This document shows positions 32,701 through 44,909 of a stretch of 64,000 nt of DNA, piece by piece. The translations under genes were made by a program, and so were the position numbers. The stretch is from the NCBI GenBank assembly GCA_977862235.1, contig OZ374557.1, positions 1,674,001 through 1,738,000 on the forward strand, read 5' to 3'. Positions within the stretch are counted from its first letter, which is position 1. Every line of letters begins with the position of its first letter. The notes below the pieces were generated by a model that saw nothing but the letters and a program-made list of their open reading frames with translations, was not told where the DNA came from and did not search any database. This DNA is from Dudresnaya verticillata. Taxonomy: Eukaryota.

Positions 32701-34859
32701 CTTGGCAGTGACATGGTCGGGCGCGCGCGGCGGAATGATATCGGGGGCGGTTGTTGTCCGAGCAGCGCGGCGCGAAGCGCGCGGGCCAATGCGCGCTGCG
32801 CTGCGCTGCGCGGTCGGCCGGGGCGGGGGCGGGGGCGCGCGCGAGCAACGCGCGGACTGCACTCGTTGCAGCGATACTGCGCAACGCGGACAACAGCGCT
32901 GCGGTGGAGCTGTTGTCAACTGTACAGTACTGCACTGCGTGCGTCGCGACGGAGCAAACGCGACGCAGTAATAACAGATGTGTCACCCGTCAGGCGCGTG
33001 CTGACAGTTGCGCGCGGCGGCGCGGCTGTAAGCGCAGTCAGCCGCGCGCGCGTGGACACGTGGCCACGCGGCGCGCGTTGAGACAGCAGCCGCGGCGGCA
33101 CGGCGCCCAGCGCTGCAACGGCATTCGCCCCGACGGCAATCGCGCCGCTCTTGGCACATCGATCATCGCGGTGCGGCGCGGTGCGGTGCGGTGCGGTGCG
33201 GTACGACGGTCACAGGGCAGTGCGGCAAATGTGCATGCACCCTGCGCGCGCGCAGAACAAACGCTGCGCGGCCTGCGCGGTGCGCTGGCGCCCTCGCGGG
33301 GGGTGCGCGATGCGCGATGGCGGCAGCTTGCGCGACGCTGGCTTCCGCTGCGCGCCGCGCTGCGCGTCTCCCCAGCGAGAGCGCGAGGATCGCAAAGCGG
33401 ATGTTGTGCGCCTCGGCGGAGCAAGCGCAGCGGCGACGGCGGCGGCGACGCGCGTGGCGAGACTGCTCCTTCGAGACTTGAGGCCGTGCAAGCGCAGCTG
33501 TCAGCTGTCGGCGCGGGCGTGCGTGGCGTGGCGGGTGGCGGTCGCTTGAGCTCCGTCAGCGCGTAAGATGTGTGCAGTCCGTCCGCTGCGAGTGCAGTGC
33601 GTATGTAGCAGGCGCTACTGTAGCTGCAGCAGGCGGCGGCACGCAGTGCCCCGGTACCAACCAGTACGGTGTTGTGTGCATCTGTGAGAGAGCATGTAGC
33701 TGTATCTACCTCCAGGTACTATGCAGCAGTAGTGGTACTACTGCGGCAACATATGCTCTCCCCGGCGCGGCGCTGCCGACAAGCCTCGGTGGTCTCTGTC
33801 TCCCGTCCGTCGACGTCTGTCCGTTCGGCCGGGACGGGCGCTGCCATCATACAGCAGTGCTGGAGCCAAGGAGCTACATTCGCACCGCATGCATCTACCG
33901 TTACCGACGACCAACTTGCCTGTTACCAACTGCACCACTGCCGCTTTTACCCAACGGCCACTACATCCCACCACCGCCTGCGCGTGTCCGTCGCGCGTTG
34001 CCGTTGCCGTTGCCGTTGCAGGCGCGCATGTTGCTGCGTCAAAACTGTGTCAACGGGCGGCGCGTGCGCGCGCGCGCCGTGCGTAGAATGAGGGGCGTAG
34101 ATACTGTACTTTATGGGGCGCGTGCGCGCGTCGGCGGCTGTTGTCCGCGTGCTGCCATTTGACAAGGGCAGGACGCGCGGCGGTAGCAAGGGCGCGCGCG
34201 CTGGGGGTGCACTCTATTCGGGAGCGGCGGCTGTGGCACTGGCACAGGCGGGCGAGACGAGCGCGCACGCAAAATAGAACGGCCGCTCTCTCTCGCTCGC
34301 TCGCTCGCACCTGCTCTCCGCGTTTTGGGAAGCGGCGGCGCGCGGAATATATTCGGTGGGGGCTCACACTGCAGCAGCGCATACATAGCTTACTCTCCGT
34401 CATCACATCATCACCGCACGCACGCACGCACGCACGCACCTGCCCTGTCCGCCTGATTTCGTATCCCCACGCAGCTGCTGTATTTATATTAGAGAGACAC
34501 ACAAAATGCGGGCGCGTGCGTGCGCGTTCAGCGCGAGCAAAATCGCAGCCCGCGCTTTCGGAAAACCGAGGCGCGCCGTTTACAATAACCAACCGCCAAA
34601 TTAGCACCAAAAACGCGCCGTGCTACGCCCTCTGTCTGCCGGCCCCGCTCGATCTCAGCAGTGCTGAACGCCGCGTTTGTGAGAGAGAGAGCGCCTCGGG
34701 CGCGCTGCTTGGACGTTGCCCGCGCACGCCTGGCGACGCGCCAGGTGCCACGCGCGCAGGCGCCGTCTGTCGCCGCCGCAGAAGCACTACTAACAGTTAC
34801 ACATCCCCCCCTCCCTCGCGCGCCGGCGCGCAGACACGCTCAACCTGTCGCAGCAGCCT

Positions 34860-34944
34860 CGCGCGCCGGGTGCGGTCGCCTCGCCGCGCGCCGGGTGCGG
34901 TCGCCTCGCCGCGCGCCGGGTGCGGTCGCCTCGCCGCGCGCCGG
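34860..34944. repeat. 25-bp minisatellite (CGCGCGCCGGGTGCGGTCGCCTCGC), about 3.4 copies
   Basis: Three identical contiguous units plus a partial one, with no spacers. Confidence 0.9.
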
Positions 34945-35437
34945 CTGACACGCGCGCGCTGTCCGCGCCCGGCATGCGCAAAACCTAACCTTCGCCAATT
35001 CGCGGCGTGGTGCACACACCGCGGGTAGCCGGCCAGGCGTCATAGCCAGCCTCCAGTCGCGAGTCTCTGTCACTGGACGCGGGGCGACCACCGCGCACGT
35101 TGCGCAGCGGTTTACGGTTTGCGGTTCGAGGTCAAACTGACCAACGCCGCGCAACAGACGCCGCGCTCCGTCTGTAAGCTCCGCACGCCGGAAATAGCTG
35201 CCGCTTATGACAACGCCGCCGCCAAAATCCAATCCCCCGCGCTGCGCTGCGCCGCGCGCGCCGCGCAACCCGCTCCCGTGGCAGCCTCCCAGCGCAACGT
35301 CAACAGCCGCGTATCGCTCCGCACCGCCTGCTAACACCCAGCCGGTCGATGCCGATGCGCGCCCCCCGGCGCCCCCCCATCCCCGCCCCCCCCCCCCCCC
35401 CCGCTCCCTCCCCCGTCCCCGCCCCGCCCCGCCCCAA

Positions 35438-36483
35438 ATGCCGCCGCTCCCGCCCGCGCCGCCGCCCGCGCCGCTCTCCGCGTGCACGCTCCCGCGCCTG
35501 CTCGACGCGTCGCTCGCGCACCTGCGCGACGTCACGCTGGTGCCCGCGCGCACGCCGCGCCGCACGCTCGCCGCGCACCGCTTCGTGCTCGCGGCCGTGT
35601 CGCCCGTGCTGCGCGCGTCGCTGGCCGCAGACCCGGCCGCGCCCGTGCTCACGCTGGCGCACGCCGACTACGACGCGCTGCACGCCGTGCTGCACGTTGT
35701 GTACGGCCGCACCGACGCCGTCGCGCACCTGCGCCCGCCCGCGCTGTGGAACGCGCTCAGCCTCTGCATCGCGTACGCGGTGCTCGCGCCGCTCGAGGAG
35801 GTGCAGGCGCGCATCCTGGAGAGTGTCACCGTGGCCAATGTGTTCTACCACTGGGGCATGGCGGACAAGTACTCGCTGGACGTGGTGCAGCTGCGTTGCC
35901 GCAACGTCGTCAAGGACAACTTTGTCGCCGTGTCGCGCCAGGCAGAGTTTCTGAGCGTGTGTCCGACCACCGTGGCGCGCGTGCTGCGCATCCACGACCT
36001 CATCGTGCGCTCCGAGGACGACGTCTTCCTGGCGCTGGAGCGCTGGCTGGCGTTTGACGTGGACGCGCGCGCAGAGCACGCGCTGCATCTGCTGCGCCTG
36101 GTGCGTCTGCCCACCATCCCGGACCGCGTGCTGCTGCGCGTGTGCCGCAGCCCGTACTTTGGCGGCCACAACGAGTTTTACCAGCTCCTGCTCGAGGCCC
36201 TCATCCGCCGCACCGAGGTCCGCATCGTGCACGCTCCGCGCATCCGCGCCATCGAGAGGAAGGTCCGCATTGCCGCCGCGTCTGCGTCCGCGCCCGCCGC
36301 CGCAGGTGCTGCCCCCGCCACTGCCACTGCCACTGCCACTGCCACCGCCACTGCGCCCGCGTCGGCTCCGCCTGCGCATGACCCGTCGCTCCCGCTCCTT
36401 CTGTTCAAGCCCATCGGCGTCACCGACACAGAGCTCCTCCCCGTGCGCAAGCAGAAGCTCACAGAGTGGCCGCCGCCGCCGCC

Positions 36484-36516
<33 letters not shown>

Positions 36517-37570
36517 CCAGCAAGTGGCTGGAGGGAAGGATGCCGCGTCGCGCACCGTGCAAAAGAAGAATGGGCGTAGTGGTCACGCCGACCCGCACGA
36601 GCACGGCCCGCCCCCGCCCCAAAAGCCGATCGATTTCAATCGCAAGGAGGATCGTACCGTCCTGTTTGAGGGCCTCTTCCCGCTGCGCTGGTACAAGTCG
36701 GTACGCTTCCGCCCGCGGAGCCCGTACTCTCTGCTGTTCACCGTCGTCATCCCGCGCTGGTCGTCGTGCAGAAGGCGCTTCATTTCCGAGTCGCGCAGCT
36801 TTCTCAACCACAAGTGGTCCATGTGGGTCGATCCCTTTTCCGCCGATCCGACCCGCGCCTCCAAGACCGACCCGGCCGCACACTATGACCCACACCACCA
36901 CCACCACCACCACCACCACCACCACCACCCTCACCACCACCCTCACCACCACCCTCACCACCACCAGGCCCCTTTTCCTGACCGCGGCCACGACCCACTC
37001 CACGAGGGCAACACGCTCCAGTCGTCGCACGCCGCCGCGGCGGCCGCCGCGGCGGCGGCCGGGCCGGGCGGCTCGGCCCGGTCATCGGCCGTCCCCGTGC
37101 ACGACGAGAACGACTACATCTCGATCTACCTCTGCTGCGAGTCGGAGCTAGGCGGCTCGCACAAGGTCGAGGCGCGCGTCGACTTTGCGCTCTTCGTCGT
37201 GTCCTCCGCCGAGGAGTACGGCATGGAGCGCAAGGTGTGCGTCGGACGCACGTTTCGCAGCCACGGACAAGCCATGGGCTTTCGGAGACACATCCGCAGA
37301 AACCGGCTCCACTCGCAGGAGGCCGCGCTGTACAATCGCGACAAGGACGAGCTCGTCGTCGGCGCGCACCTCGTCGCGCCAGACGTCGACCGACCAGACC
37401 CGGGCACCGGCTCTTTTTCGCAGCTCAGCCGCGCGTCGATCACGGGCGATGATTTTCGGAGCGACAGCCCGCTCTCGCCGCCGCCTGGCCAACTTGCTGG
37501 CAGCCGCATGACCACCATGGATACTGAACAGTCGCCAATACTTACCGCTACGTCAAGAGTCACAGCCTAA
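35438..37570 (+). CDS. BTB-BACK-MATH protein (CUL3 adaptor-like) with polyQ, polyH and polyA tracts
   Basis: BTB (DVTL...AHRFVLAAVSPV), BACK (SEDDVF.AL.RWL...VRL), and MATH-like (FTVVI..WS; KWSMWVDP; YISIYL; MGF). Start is ATG 35438 or 35207. Confidence 0.85.
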
Positions 37571-38204
37571 CTTTGACACACACCACACATACACAGAAAA
37601 TGTCCTCCAGATGTATAAACGGAGGCTCGATCACAGCAAGTATTTGTTCATACTACAGTATTACATTAGGCGATCGATAGGTGCTCGCGGGATTTGTCGC
37701 GCTTGAGCGTGCGGTACAACATAGCTTCATTTACAAGTTTGACAAAACTATACGTGTTCTGCTGTAATTGCAAAGCAGCAGCAAAGTACTATGTCTTCGT
37801 GTCTCCTCATGTTTCTTCTCCACTACTGCTCGACTCTCAGTCGGTTTGTGCTAGCGGCATTGCTCACGACTCACGTGCAACGCCCGTACTTGGCTCGCGC
37901 AGGAACTGCCTCGTATCGAAGCTTCGACGCACTGCGCCAAGCGAAACAGCGTCGCTCCTCGTCCACCTTGTGCTCTTTCGATTCGCGCCACGCCTTCCAC
38001 CACCGACTGCAACACCAAGCGCTCACAACACACCACTAAGCGCGACGACGTTTCGAAACGAAACGCACCGTGCGCGTACGCAAAGCGACGCCATTCCTTC
38101 CCTCCTAGCCCTCCGCGAGATCTCCCTCGCCGCGAGCGCGCAAACACGCGGTGTGCTGGCGGCAGCGCCGATCTCCGCCCGCCCTCACGCGCGCTCGCCA
38201 CCGC

Positions 38205-38408
38205 CTAATGAGAGCCCGAGCCCTTTTCGTCTGCGTCCGCGCCGTGCGCCGGCTTCTTGTTGAAGGCGCGCTCGTAGAACGCTTCCAGAAACATGTACGT
38301 CCCGAAGATCCCCGCAGCTGTGCCCAGCCCCGGGAACATCTTCTTGAGATTCTCGCTCTGCCGCAGCGACGGGTGCTGCCGCCATGCCGTCTGTGCGCGG
38401 GAGAACAT
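38205..38408 (-). CDS. NDUFB3: Mitochondrial complex I subunit B12 (NDUFB3)-like
   Basis: AWRQHP.L...FPGLG.A..IF..Y...E matches the B12 subunit pattern; 67 aa. Confidence 0.75.
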   Translation of the reverse strand: MFSRAQTAWRQHPSLRQSENLKKMFPGLGTAAGIFGTYMFLEAFYERAFNKKPAHGADADEKGSGSH

Positions 38409-38869
38409 TTTCGGCGCGCTGGTGAAGACTTTGGTGCGTAGACCTCGGTGGGGGCACTCGTGCGCTCACTGCGTGTGTTGCGAACAGGCAGGCGCTGGTC
38501 CTGGTTTCGACGGATGCGCTAGCCCGCAGCATGCTCGATTGCACATCGATCTTCCAATCTTCTCTATATGGTTGTGCAATGCCGACAATGTAATTTAAAT
38601 GGAACACTTTTAATTCCGTGAATGTAATTGCGATCTCCACGGGTTTTTCTCCCAAAAAGCGGATCATGCCGCTCTCTACTATCCACGTGTAATTAGGGCC
38701 AGCCTGCGGGCGCGGACGCCGTCGGGGGGCGGGGGTAGGCCAAATAGCGGAGCGAAATCGCCATCCTTTTTGTAAACATCGTCAAGCCGCGCACAAGAGC
38801 TCTCCGAAGCCACACCCCACCACCGTCCGATAGCCCTCCCTTCTCCGCAGCGCGCTCAACACCGCAACC

Positions 38870-39391
38870 ATGGTCAAGGGAAAGAAGAAGACGACCGAGA
38901 ACGTCAACGCGCGCCTCGCGCTGGTCATGAAGTCGGGCAAGTACACGCTCGGCTTCAAGTCCACCGTCAAGACACTGCGCTCCGGCAAGGCAAAGCTCAT
39001 TTTGATCGCCTCCAACACCGCCCCCTTGCGGAAGTCCGAGCTTGAGTACTATGCCATGCTCGCCAAGTGCCAGGTCCATCATTTCCAGGGCAACAACATC
39101 GATCTTGGTAAGCTCAACGCACGCACCACAACGTCTTTGCGCGCTACGTTCCCGACCATGCCTAGCCTGATGCGTGGCTCCCCGGTGTCGTGGTCTTATT
39201 TCCTCTAGTTTTTCCGCTCCTTCCAGCGGCGCATGTATTCACAGTGCTGACCGACTTTTCTCTTGCCATTTGCGATTCATCCGTTATAACCAGGCACGGC
39301 CTGCGGACGGTACTTCAGGACGAGCGCCATGGTGATTACGGATCCAGGAGACAGCGAGATCGACAGCGTCTTCCTGAATCAGGAGAGTTGA
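38870..39391 (+). CDS. RPL30: 60S ribosomal protein L30 (eL30); intron 39108..39293
   Basis: [33 protein letters not shown]...CAG splicing gives [14 protein letters not shown]...TDPGDS and a stop at 39391. Confidence 0.97.
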
Positions 39392-39854
39392 GCTCTATTG
39401 TCGGATACAACTTCCCGGACGTGGCTGCCATTGACTGGTCTCACGCGAGTGCACAGCAGCTGGGCGCTTCCGAGTTCCTGACGGCCCCGACGCTCGTTCT
39501 GACTTGCATCCCGACCGGTCTTGTTGGGAGGAAGCGTGTCTGCATGTAAATCCACTTTTATGTTGCGCATTCCGTAAACGCGGTTCCAGCGACTTGCCAC
39601 TAAGCTATGCGCCATCCCACCCGCGACAACTGAAAGTTGCGTTACTGCGTGCGGCTCAGGTGAATACCATCCCCTCCGAATACCCGTGTGCGTTGGTTTC
39701 AATGCGAGCGTTGTGCTTGTCGTACAGAATCAGCCCCGCGATGCAAGATACAGATGTTAATAGAGTTTCTAAGTGCGAGCACGAAAGCCGGACACAACAG
39801 TAGGTCCAAAACAAGAAAAGACAACCTAGAGACGTAGACACATGTGCATATGTT

Positions 39855-42800
39855 TTATTCATCACTGTCGGAATCGATGCTCAGCTCCTCTATCTGATCT
39901 TCCTCGTCTTCGTCGTCAGACTTCAGAATGGCCAATTCAACCTTTTTCTTCTTTTGTTGAGCAGGATGCTTCTTAGGCTTGGGATGGGACGGTTCGCCGT
40001 CAGTGTCGCTTCCGCTCAGTTCTTCGCCAAGATGGTCGCTAGAGGTAGTGTCCTTCTCAGCCACCGTTGCATCGCGCATCTTTTCTTCTTTGGAAATGCG
40101 GTTGATTTCCACTTCATAATAGCGTTGCATGGGCGTCTTCAGATCCCTGTCGAGCCCTGGGACGATAGCAAGCATGCCTTCCGGGCTGATAGCTCCGTGT
40201 GGAGCAAAATCAGAGCGAGCCCTCGCATCCGCAACCAGCTTCGAAGTTTGTTGAAGCTTCTCCACTAGAGCCATTACTTTTCCTTTCCATTCCGGGACTT
40301 GAACCTCCTTGGCAAACTTGCGAAGGGAAGTCTCCGCAGCGAATGACAATTCTGGAAAAGAGACGTGCTTCGAAATTGTCGCGAAGAACTTTGCCAACTG
40401 GAACACGACCCCATTGACCACCCCGGAGAGGAACGGCTTTGTCTTCACGACCTCGTCTGAGACTCGCAGCACACTTCGCCATTCGATGGCCTTAGAGCTT
40501 CCGTGGGCAGGCTTCTTCCTGAGTTCACTGCAACGAAGCAGGAGCAGCAGATGTGGAGTCAGCGGAATAAATGTCCCAGACTTTGCTATGAGATCGGAAA
40601 GGTACAACGCCACATGCAAGCGCATAGGAAACGTGCGCGGTGTAGCATAGACGCGCATAACACCGAGCGATACCTGGACGAAAGGATAGATAAGGGGGCG
40701 CAGTTCATCCTCACTGCCATACCGTCCTAAGACCTTAGACCAGAGCCGCAAGCGATTGATGTACGACCAGTTGTGCAGACGCTCTACTTCTTCTTTCTCA
40801 TGCTTAGAAACTAGAACCGCGCGAAGTGCAACAGCCATCTCACGTAGATTTGCAAACGCTGTGGTGTATGATGCCGACATGTCCACACCAAAGAGCTCAA
40901 CTATACAGGTAGTTGCAAAGAGAATCTTGGGAAGTGTTCGGGGGTTACAAACTGCTGCAATTTTGGATGCGTAAACATTGCAACAGCTTCGGAGAACAGC
41001 TTCAGCGTTTCCAGGCCCATGAGCCAACTTATTCAAGAGAAGGTAAGCTCGTAACCGCGTTGCCTCACTCATGTGGAGGGCGTCTGATGACCACGCGTTA
41101 ATCGCTATCCGGATTATCTTCGGAACCAACTCCTTGCTTTCCTTCGTGTACGGGATGAGTCGCTCCAGGCGCTTCAGTAGAAATCTCATAGTCTTCGCGT
41201 CCGTCATGGAGTCACAAAGAGAAACCAAATGGTAGACAAACGGACGAAATACTGGTTGGAGATTCTTCCATCTGTTACTCTCTGACGGGTCCCACTTTTG
41301 CTGTGATGAAGCGGACGGTGCCTTTCTCGGTTGTTCTTTTCCCAGCATACGGTCGAGGGCATCCTGTATTCCAGTTATAGCCAAGTTCATGGCGTGCTGG
41401 TATGCCTTCGCCGAGGCGAACTTAACCTGTCCAGACGTGAAACTACCGTCGTCTGTGAACAGGCCTTCGTCCACCTCGTCTAATGGCCCTTCACCCTGAC
41501 CCTCGTTCTGAGCGGCTTTCCTTACCTTCTTCTTATTCAGCTTGTCCTTTTTCTCTACACCCACCATTCCAGCGGGGAGAATATCTCGCCCAGCGCGAAA
41601 CAATCGAAGAAGGTCTTTTGCCGCTTTCAAACAAGAGCGGTTCGACTTCAGACGTTCCACAATCTGACGAAGGTAAGCCATGTCAACTAAGATAGCCTTC
41701 TTAGGCTCCTTGGCTGCGTGGTCTTCCGTTTTTCCGGAGTCGTCACTGGCTTCCTCAACCTCCATCTCATCACTGCTATGACTGCTCGAATCGCCGTCAA
41801 CTACAACATCAAGACCAGCCTCTGCAGCAGCCTCTGCCTCTGCCAATGCTTCAGTCTCGTCTTCACTGCTGTCATCACTGCTGTCACCACTGTATCCCTC
41901 GATGTCAGCGACGCCGCCCTCATGACCTTCCGCGTCCGCATCTGTTTCTTGCAATTTGTTCACAACTTCATCCTCAGAGTCTGATTCTTCGGCACTAGAG
42001 CCGTCTATTCCTTCATCATCGCTACCTCGGGGCGTTCCTTGTTCTCGCACCTGTTCTACGACCGGCTTCTTGTTCCCGGGATTTGGGGACTTTCTCCCTT
42101 TAAGGTCGCCGCTCTTCTGATTACTGGCTTCGCAGTCACTATCGTCTTCCTCGATATCAGACTCGCTGCAGTCATTTTCGGCTACACGATTATCACGAGA
42201 CTTCGGGGCTTCATCTGGGTTGTCATCAGAGGCGGCATCAGGAGCAATTTCAGGCTCGTCACTTTCTGAAGAATCATCATCATCCTCTTCAGCACTCTCC
42301 GAGACACCATCGTGTTCCTCTTCCTCTTTTGATATATCTTGGACAAGCAGGTCATCATCACTGTCACCGAACTGCAGGAGAGTGGCATCAGTCTCTTCAA
42401 GGAACTTATAGAACTCCGGGTCATCCTGCTTGAGAGCCTCGATATCAGCTTTATGCGCACTTGCGGTTTTGGAGATGTGTCGTTGTTCCCTTCCCCCATT
42501 GCGAGTCCGCTTCTTCTTTACGGAACTCTTTCCACCCTTTGGTGCAGCCTTTGCAAGAGTCTGAGGTGTCCTCAATTCCAGAGCTGCCGCTGTACGTTTT
42601 GCAGGCGGTGTATTGAAACCGTTCTCAGCAATGGCCTTTGATGCATTGGCTTTCTTCGGCGTGCCTTGCTTACCTTTTGTCAAGGCATCACCAGTGCCAT
42701 GTTCCTTCTCAGTCGGCTTATTTCTTGCTGCTTTCCGGGCTGATTTCCGTGACCCCTTCTCCGCCCCACCCGCACCTTCACTCTCTGAAGAACTTCCGCT

Positions 42801-43115
42801 TTCGAAACTCTGCGAAGCCTTCTTCGCTCGCAACAAAGCCTTTCGCAGATCTGCATTGCGATTGTCATCGTCGTCATTCTCGACAATGCCGCGCAATTGC
42901 ATAATCATCTGATCAACATCGGGCTCTTCACTTTCCTCTTCTGTACGTCGCTTGCGCTTCCGCGCAGAGGGCTTTTTGCTGGCAAAATCGGATGCACGCC
43001 GCCTTTTCCTTTCCGAGGCAGTCGGGGTTGCCGGCGGTGCCTTCATCTCGGTCTCTGCCTTTCTGGACTTGGAACGGCGCTTTGGTCGCGGGGTTTGTAG
43101 ACTTGTTCCTGCCAT
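39855..43115 (-). CDS. NOC2: Nucleolar complex protein 2 (NOC2-like)
   Basis: HKADIEALKQDDPEFYKFL, LREMAV.LR, HNWSY, LRPLIYP, R.FP.RLH, and SFPEL, with a long acidic N-terminus. Confidence 0.9.
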   Translation of the reverse strand: MAGTSLQTPRPKRRSKSRKAETEMKAPPATPTASERKRRRASDFASKKPSARKRKRRTEEESEEPDVDQMIMQLRGIVENDDDDNRNADLRKALLRAKKASQSFESGSSSESEGAGGAEKGSRKSARKAARNKPTEKEHGTGDALTKGKQGTPKKANASKAIAENGFNTPPAKRTAAALELRTPQTLAKAAPKGGKSSVKKKRTRNGGREQRHISKTASAHKADIEALKQDDPEFYKFLEETDATLLQFGDSDDDLLVQDISKEEEEHDGVSESAEEDDDDSSESDEPEIAPDAASDDNPDEAPKSRDNRVAENDCSESDIEEDDSDCEASNQKSGDLKGRKSPNPGNKKPVVEQVREQGTPRGSDDEGIDGSSAEESDSEDEVVNKLQETDADAEGHEGGVADIEGYSGDSSDDSSEDETEALAEAEAAAEAGLDVVVDGDSSSHSSDEMEVEEASDDSGKTEDHAAKEPKKAILVDMAYLRQIVERLKSNRSCLKAAKDLLRLFRAGRDILPAGMVGVEKKDKLNKKKVRKAAQNEGQGEGPLDEVDEGLFTDDGSFTSGQVKFASAKAYQHAMNLAITGIQDALDRMLGKEQPRKAPSASSQQKWDPSESNRWKNLQPVFRPFVYHLVSLCDSMTDAKTMRFLLKRLERLIPYTKESKELVPKIIRIAINAWSSDALHMSEATRLRAYLLLNKLAHGPGNAEAVLRSCCNVYASKIAAVCNPRTLPKILFATTCIVELFGVDMSASYTTAFANLREMAVALRAVLVSKHEKEEVERLHNWSYINRLRLWSKVLGRYGSEDELRPLIYPFVQVSLGVMRVYATPRTFPMRLHVALYLSDLIAKSGTFIPLTPHLLLLLRCSELRKKPAHGSSKAIEWRSVLRVSDEVVKTKPFLSGVVNGVVFQLAKFFATISKHVSFPELSFAAETSLRKFAKEVQVPEWKGKVMALVEKLQQTSKLVADARARSDFAPHGAISPEGMLAIVPGLDRDLKTPMQRYYEVEINRISKEEKMRDATVAEKDTTSSDHLGEELSGSDTDGEPSHPKPKKHPAQQKKKKVELAILKSDDEDEEDQIEELSIDSDSDE

Positions 43116-43556
43116 CGTTGGACAAGACTCGATTGGGAATGATGGGAGCTAGTGACGATGTGCTCGATTTTGAAGGAGACTCCAATAAACGCGCTGAAGT
43201 GACGGCGGCGGCGTAGCCTCTGACTTCGCAAATCGCAGCGAGTGGGCAGTTGTGATGCGGACAATGGGCAAATCCCAAGCTCAAAAAGCGGATCAAAAAA
43301 AAAGGAAGAAAATTGGAGAAGACTTGTCCCCTACTCGCCTTGCTGGAAAGGGTTGACATTGACGGTTCGCAATCGCCCGTGGTGCACCTTTCTTACTTCT
43401 TCCGTGTCAGGGGTCGCACTGTTTCATGCTATCCACTGCTGCTTGTTTTCAGAGTCAACCGACGGCGGAGGGGTGACGCTCCAGTGCCTCGACAGTTTCA
43501 AGAGGCATTTCAGGTACGCGACAGGCACACTACTGTGGGCAGGACAGACTTGCGCC

Positions 43557-44909
43557 ATGGGCGAACACGACGAGGTTGACTGGATCGACCGGACGAACGA
43601 GACCTTGGGTACTATTGGGAACGGTTACAGACTTTCTCCTGGCCTCCGGAGTCTGTTCCTGACCAACAACCGCATCAAGGTTATCGAGAACTTGGACGAG
43701 TGCAAGGAGTTGCGCGAGCTTGTCCTGCGCCAGAACAATATCAAGGTCGTCCAAGGCCTGGACGAACTACGGGAACTTGTGGAACTTGACTTGTACATGA
43801 ACAACATTGAAAAGATCGAACCCGAATGCTTCGCCGGCAACCCAAAGCTGATGCGACTCGACCTCAGCTTTAACCAAATTCGAGAGCTGAAGGGGTTTCC
43901 GTGTGACAATCTCGGCCATCTGGAGGAGTTGTTCCTCATCGGGAACAAGATTCGCCAGATTTCAGACTTGCGCTCCATGCCGAAGCTCGTAATGTTGGAG
44001 CTTGGGGATAACAGGTTGAGGAAGATTAACGAACTCGACGCCCTCACTAGCTTGCAAGGTCTGTGGTTGGGACGAAACAAAATTAAGTGTATCGAAGGCC
44101 TAACAGCTTTAACTCAGTTACGACGACTGAGTGTCCAAAGCAACCGCATCGCGAAAATTGAAGGGTTGAGCCACTTGGTGCATCTGGAAGAGCTGTACCT
44201 AAGTCATAACGGTATTTCTTCCATGGACGGGATCCAGAATCTTGTCAACCTCCGCGTTCTTGACCTCGGTACCAACTTTATTGAACACCTCAGACATCTT
44301 GAGAACCTGACGAAGCTGAAGGATCTATGGATGAATGGAAACAAGCTGCAGTCCTTTGATGAACTTCGCCTATTGCGGAATGCCACAGAGCTCGAGACAG
44401 TATACTTGGAGCATAACCCCCTTGCTACACATGCTGAGTACCAGTCCAAGGCCCTTGAGCTACTTCCAGACTCTCTTACACAGCTTGACGCTCTGTCAGT
44501 TGGGGATGTTCGTAAACAGATAGCAAAAGCGGCAGCTGCGCAGCAGCTTCCTCAAAGCGATGACGATGCGGTACCCGTCAATGGACAGCAAGACTCAAGT
44601 TCAGTCTATGAACCCTCTCATGTCTCGGTGCCCGTAAATGGAGAGCGAGATCCAAGATCAGTTGAAGAACACTCTCAAGCAATGGGCTCCTCAACCTTAC
44701 CATGTGAAGACCCCGAAAAGGAGTCTGCGACATTAGAAACGAGTGCGGAAGAGCCAAAGCTGGCAGACGTTGATACAGTAATGGGAACCATGGCAGAGCC
44801 TATACCCCGTTCACCAGATGCTGCGTCGGACGCAGATAATACGGACGCGGTCATGACACCCAATGACGCGGACGAGAACGGCACTGAAGCGGATCTGAAG
44901 GGAAGTTGA
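43557..44909 (+). CDS. SDS22: SDS22 / PP1 regulatory subunit 7-like LRR protein
   Basis: About 11 SDS22-class LRRs (LELGDNRLR, LWLGRNKI, LSVQSNRI, LYLSHNGI) and an LRR cap LETVYLEHNP...LTQLD. Confidence 0.88.
   Translation: MGEHDEVDWIDRTNETLGTIGNGYRLSPGLRSLFLTNNRIKVIENLDECKELRELVLRQNNIKVVQGLDELRELVELDLYMNNIEKIEPECFAGNPKLMRLDLSFNQIRELKGFPCDNLGHLEELFLIGNKIRQISDLRSMPKLVMLELGDNRLRKINELDALTSLQGLWLGRNKIKCIEGLTALTQLRRLSVQSNRIAKIEGLSHLVHLEELYLSHNGISSMDGIQNLVNLRVLDLGTNFIEHLRHLENLTKLKDLWMNGNKLQSFDELRLLRNATELETVYLEHNPLATHAEYQSKALELLPDSLTQLDALSVGDVRKQIAKAAAAQQLPQSDDDAVPVNGQQDSSSVYEPSHVSVPVNGERDPRSVEEHSQAMGSSTLPCEDPEKESATLETSAEEPKLADVDTVMGTMAEPIPRSPDAASDADNTDAVMTPNDADENGTEADLKGS

Noticed and set aside
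30720..33081. 663-aa and 490-aa plus-strand ORFs
   Set aside because: Antisense shadows of the VPS4-like gene and microsatellites.
34860..34944. CRISPR-like array
   Set aside because: Units are contiguous with no spacers, no cas genes are present, and the context is eukaryotic.
32920..35200. Possible gene or ncRNA in the long intergenic region
   Set aside because: No recognisable protein motif, tRNA cloverleaf or snRNA signature.
35300..37030. 576-aa minus-strand ORF
   Set aside because: Antisense shadow of the BTB-BACK-MATH gene.
39108..39293. Intronic box C/D snoRNA in RPL30
   Set aside because: No proper RTGATGA box C; the CTGA seen is explained by the branch point.
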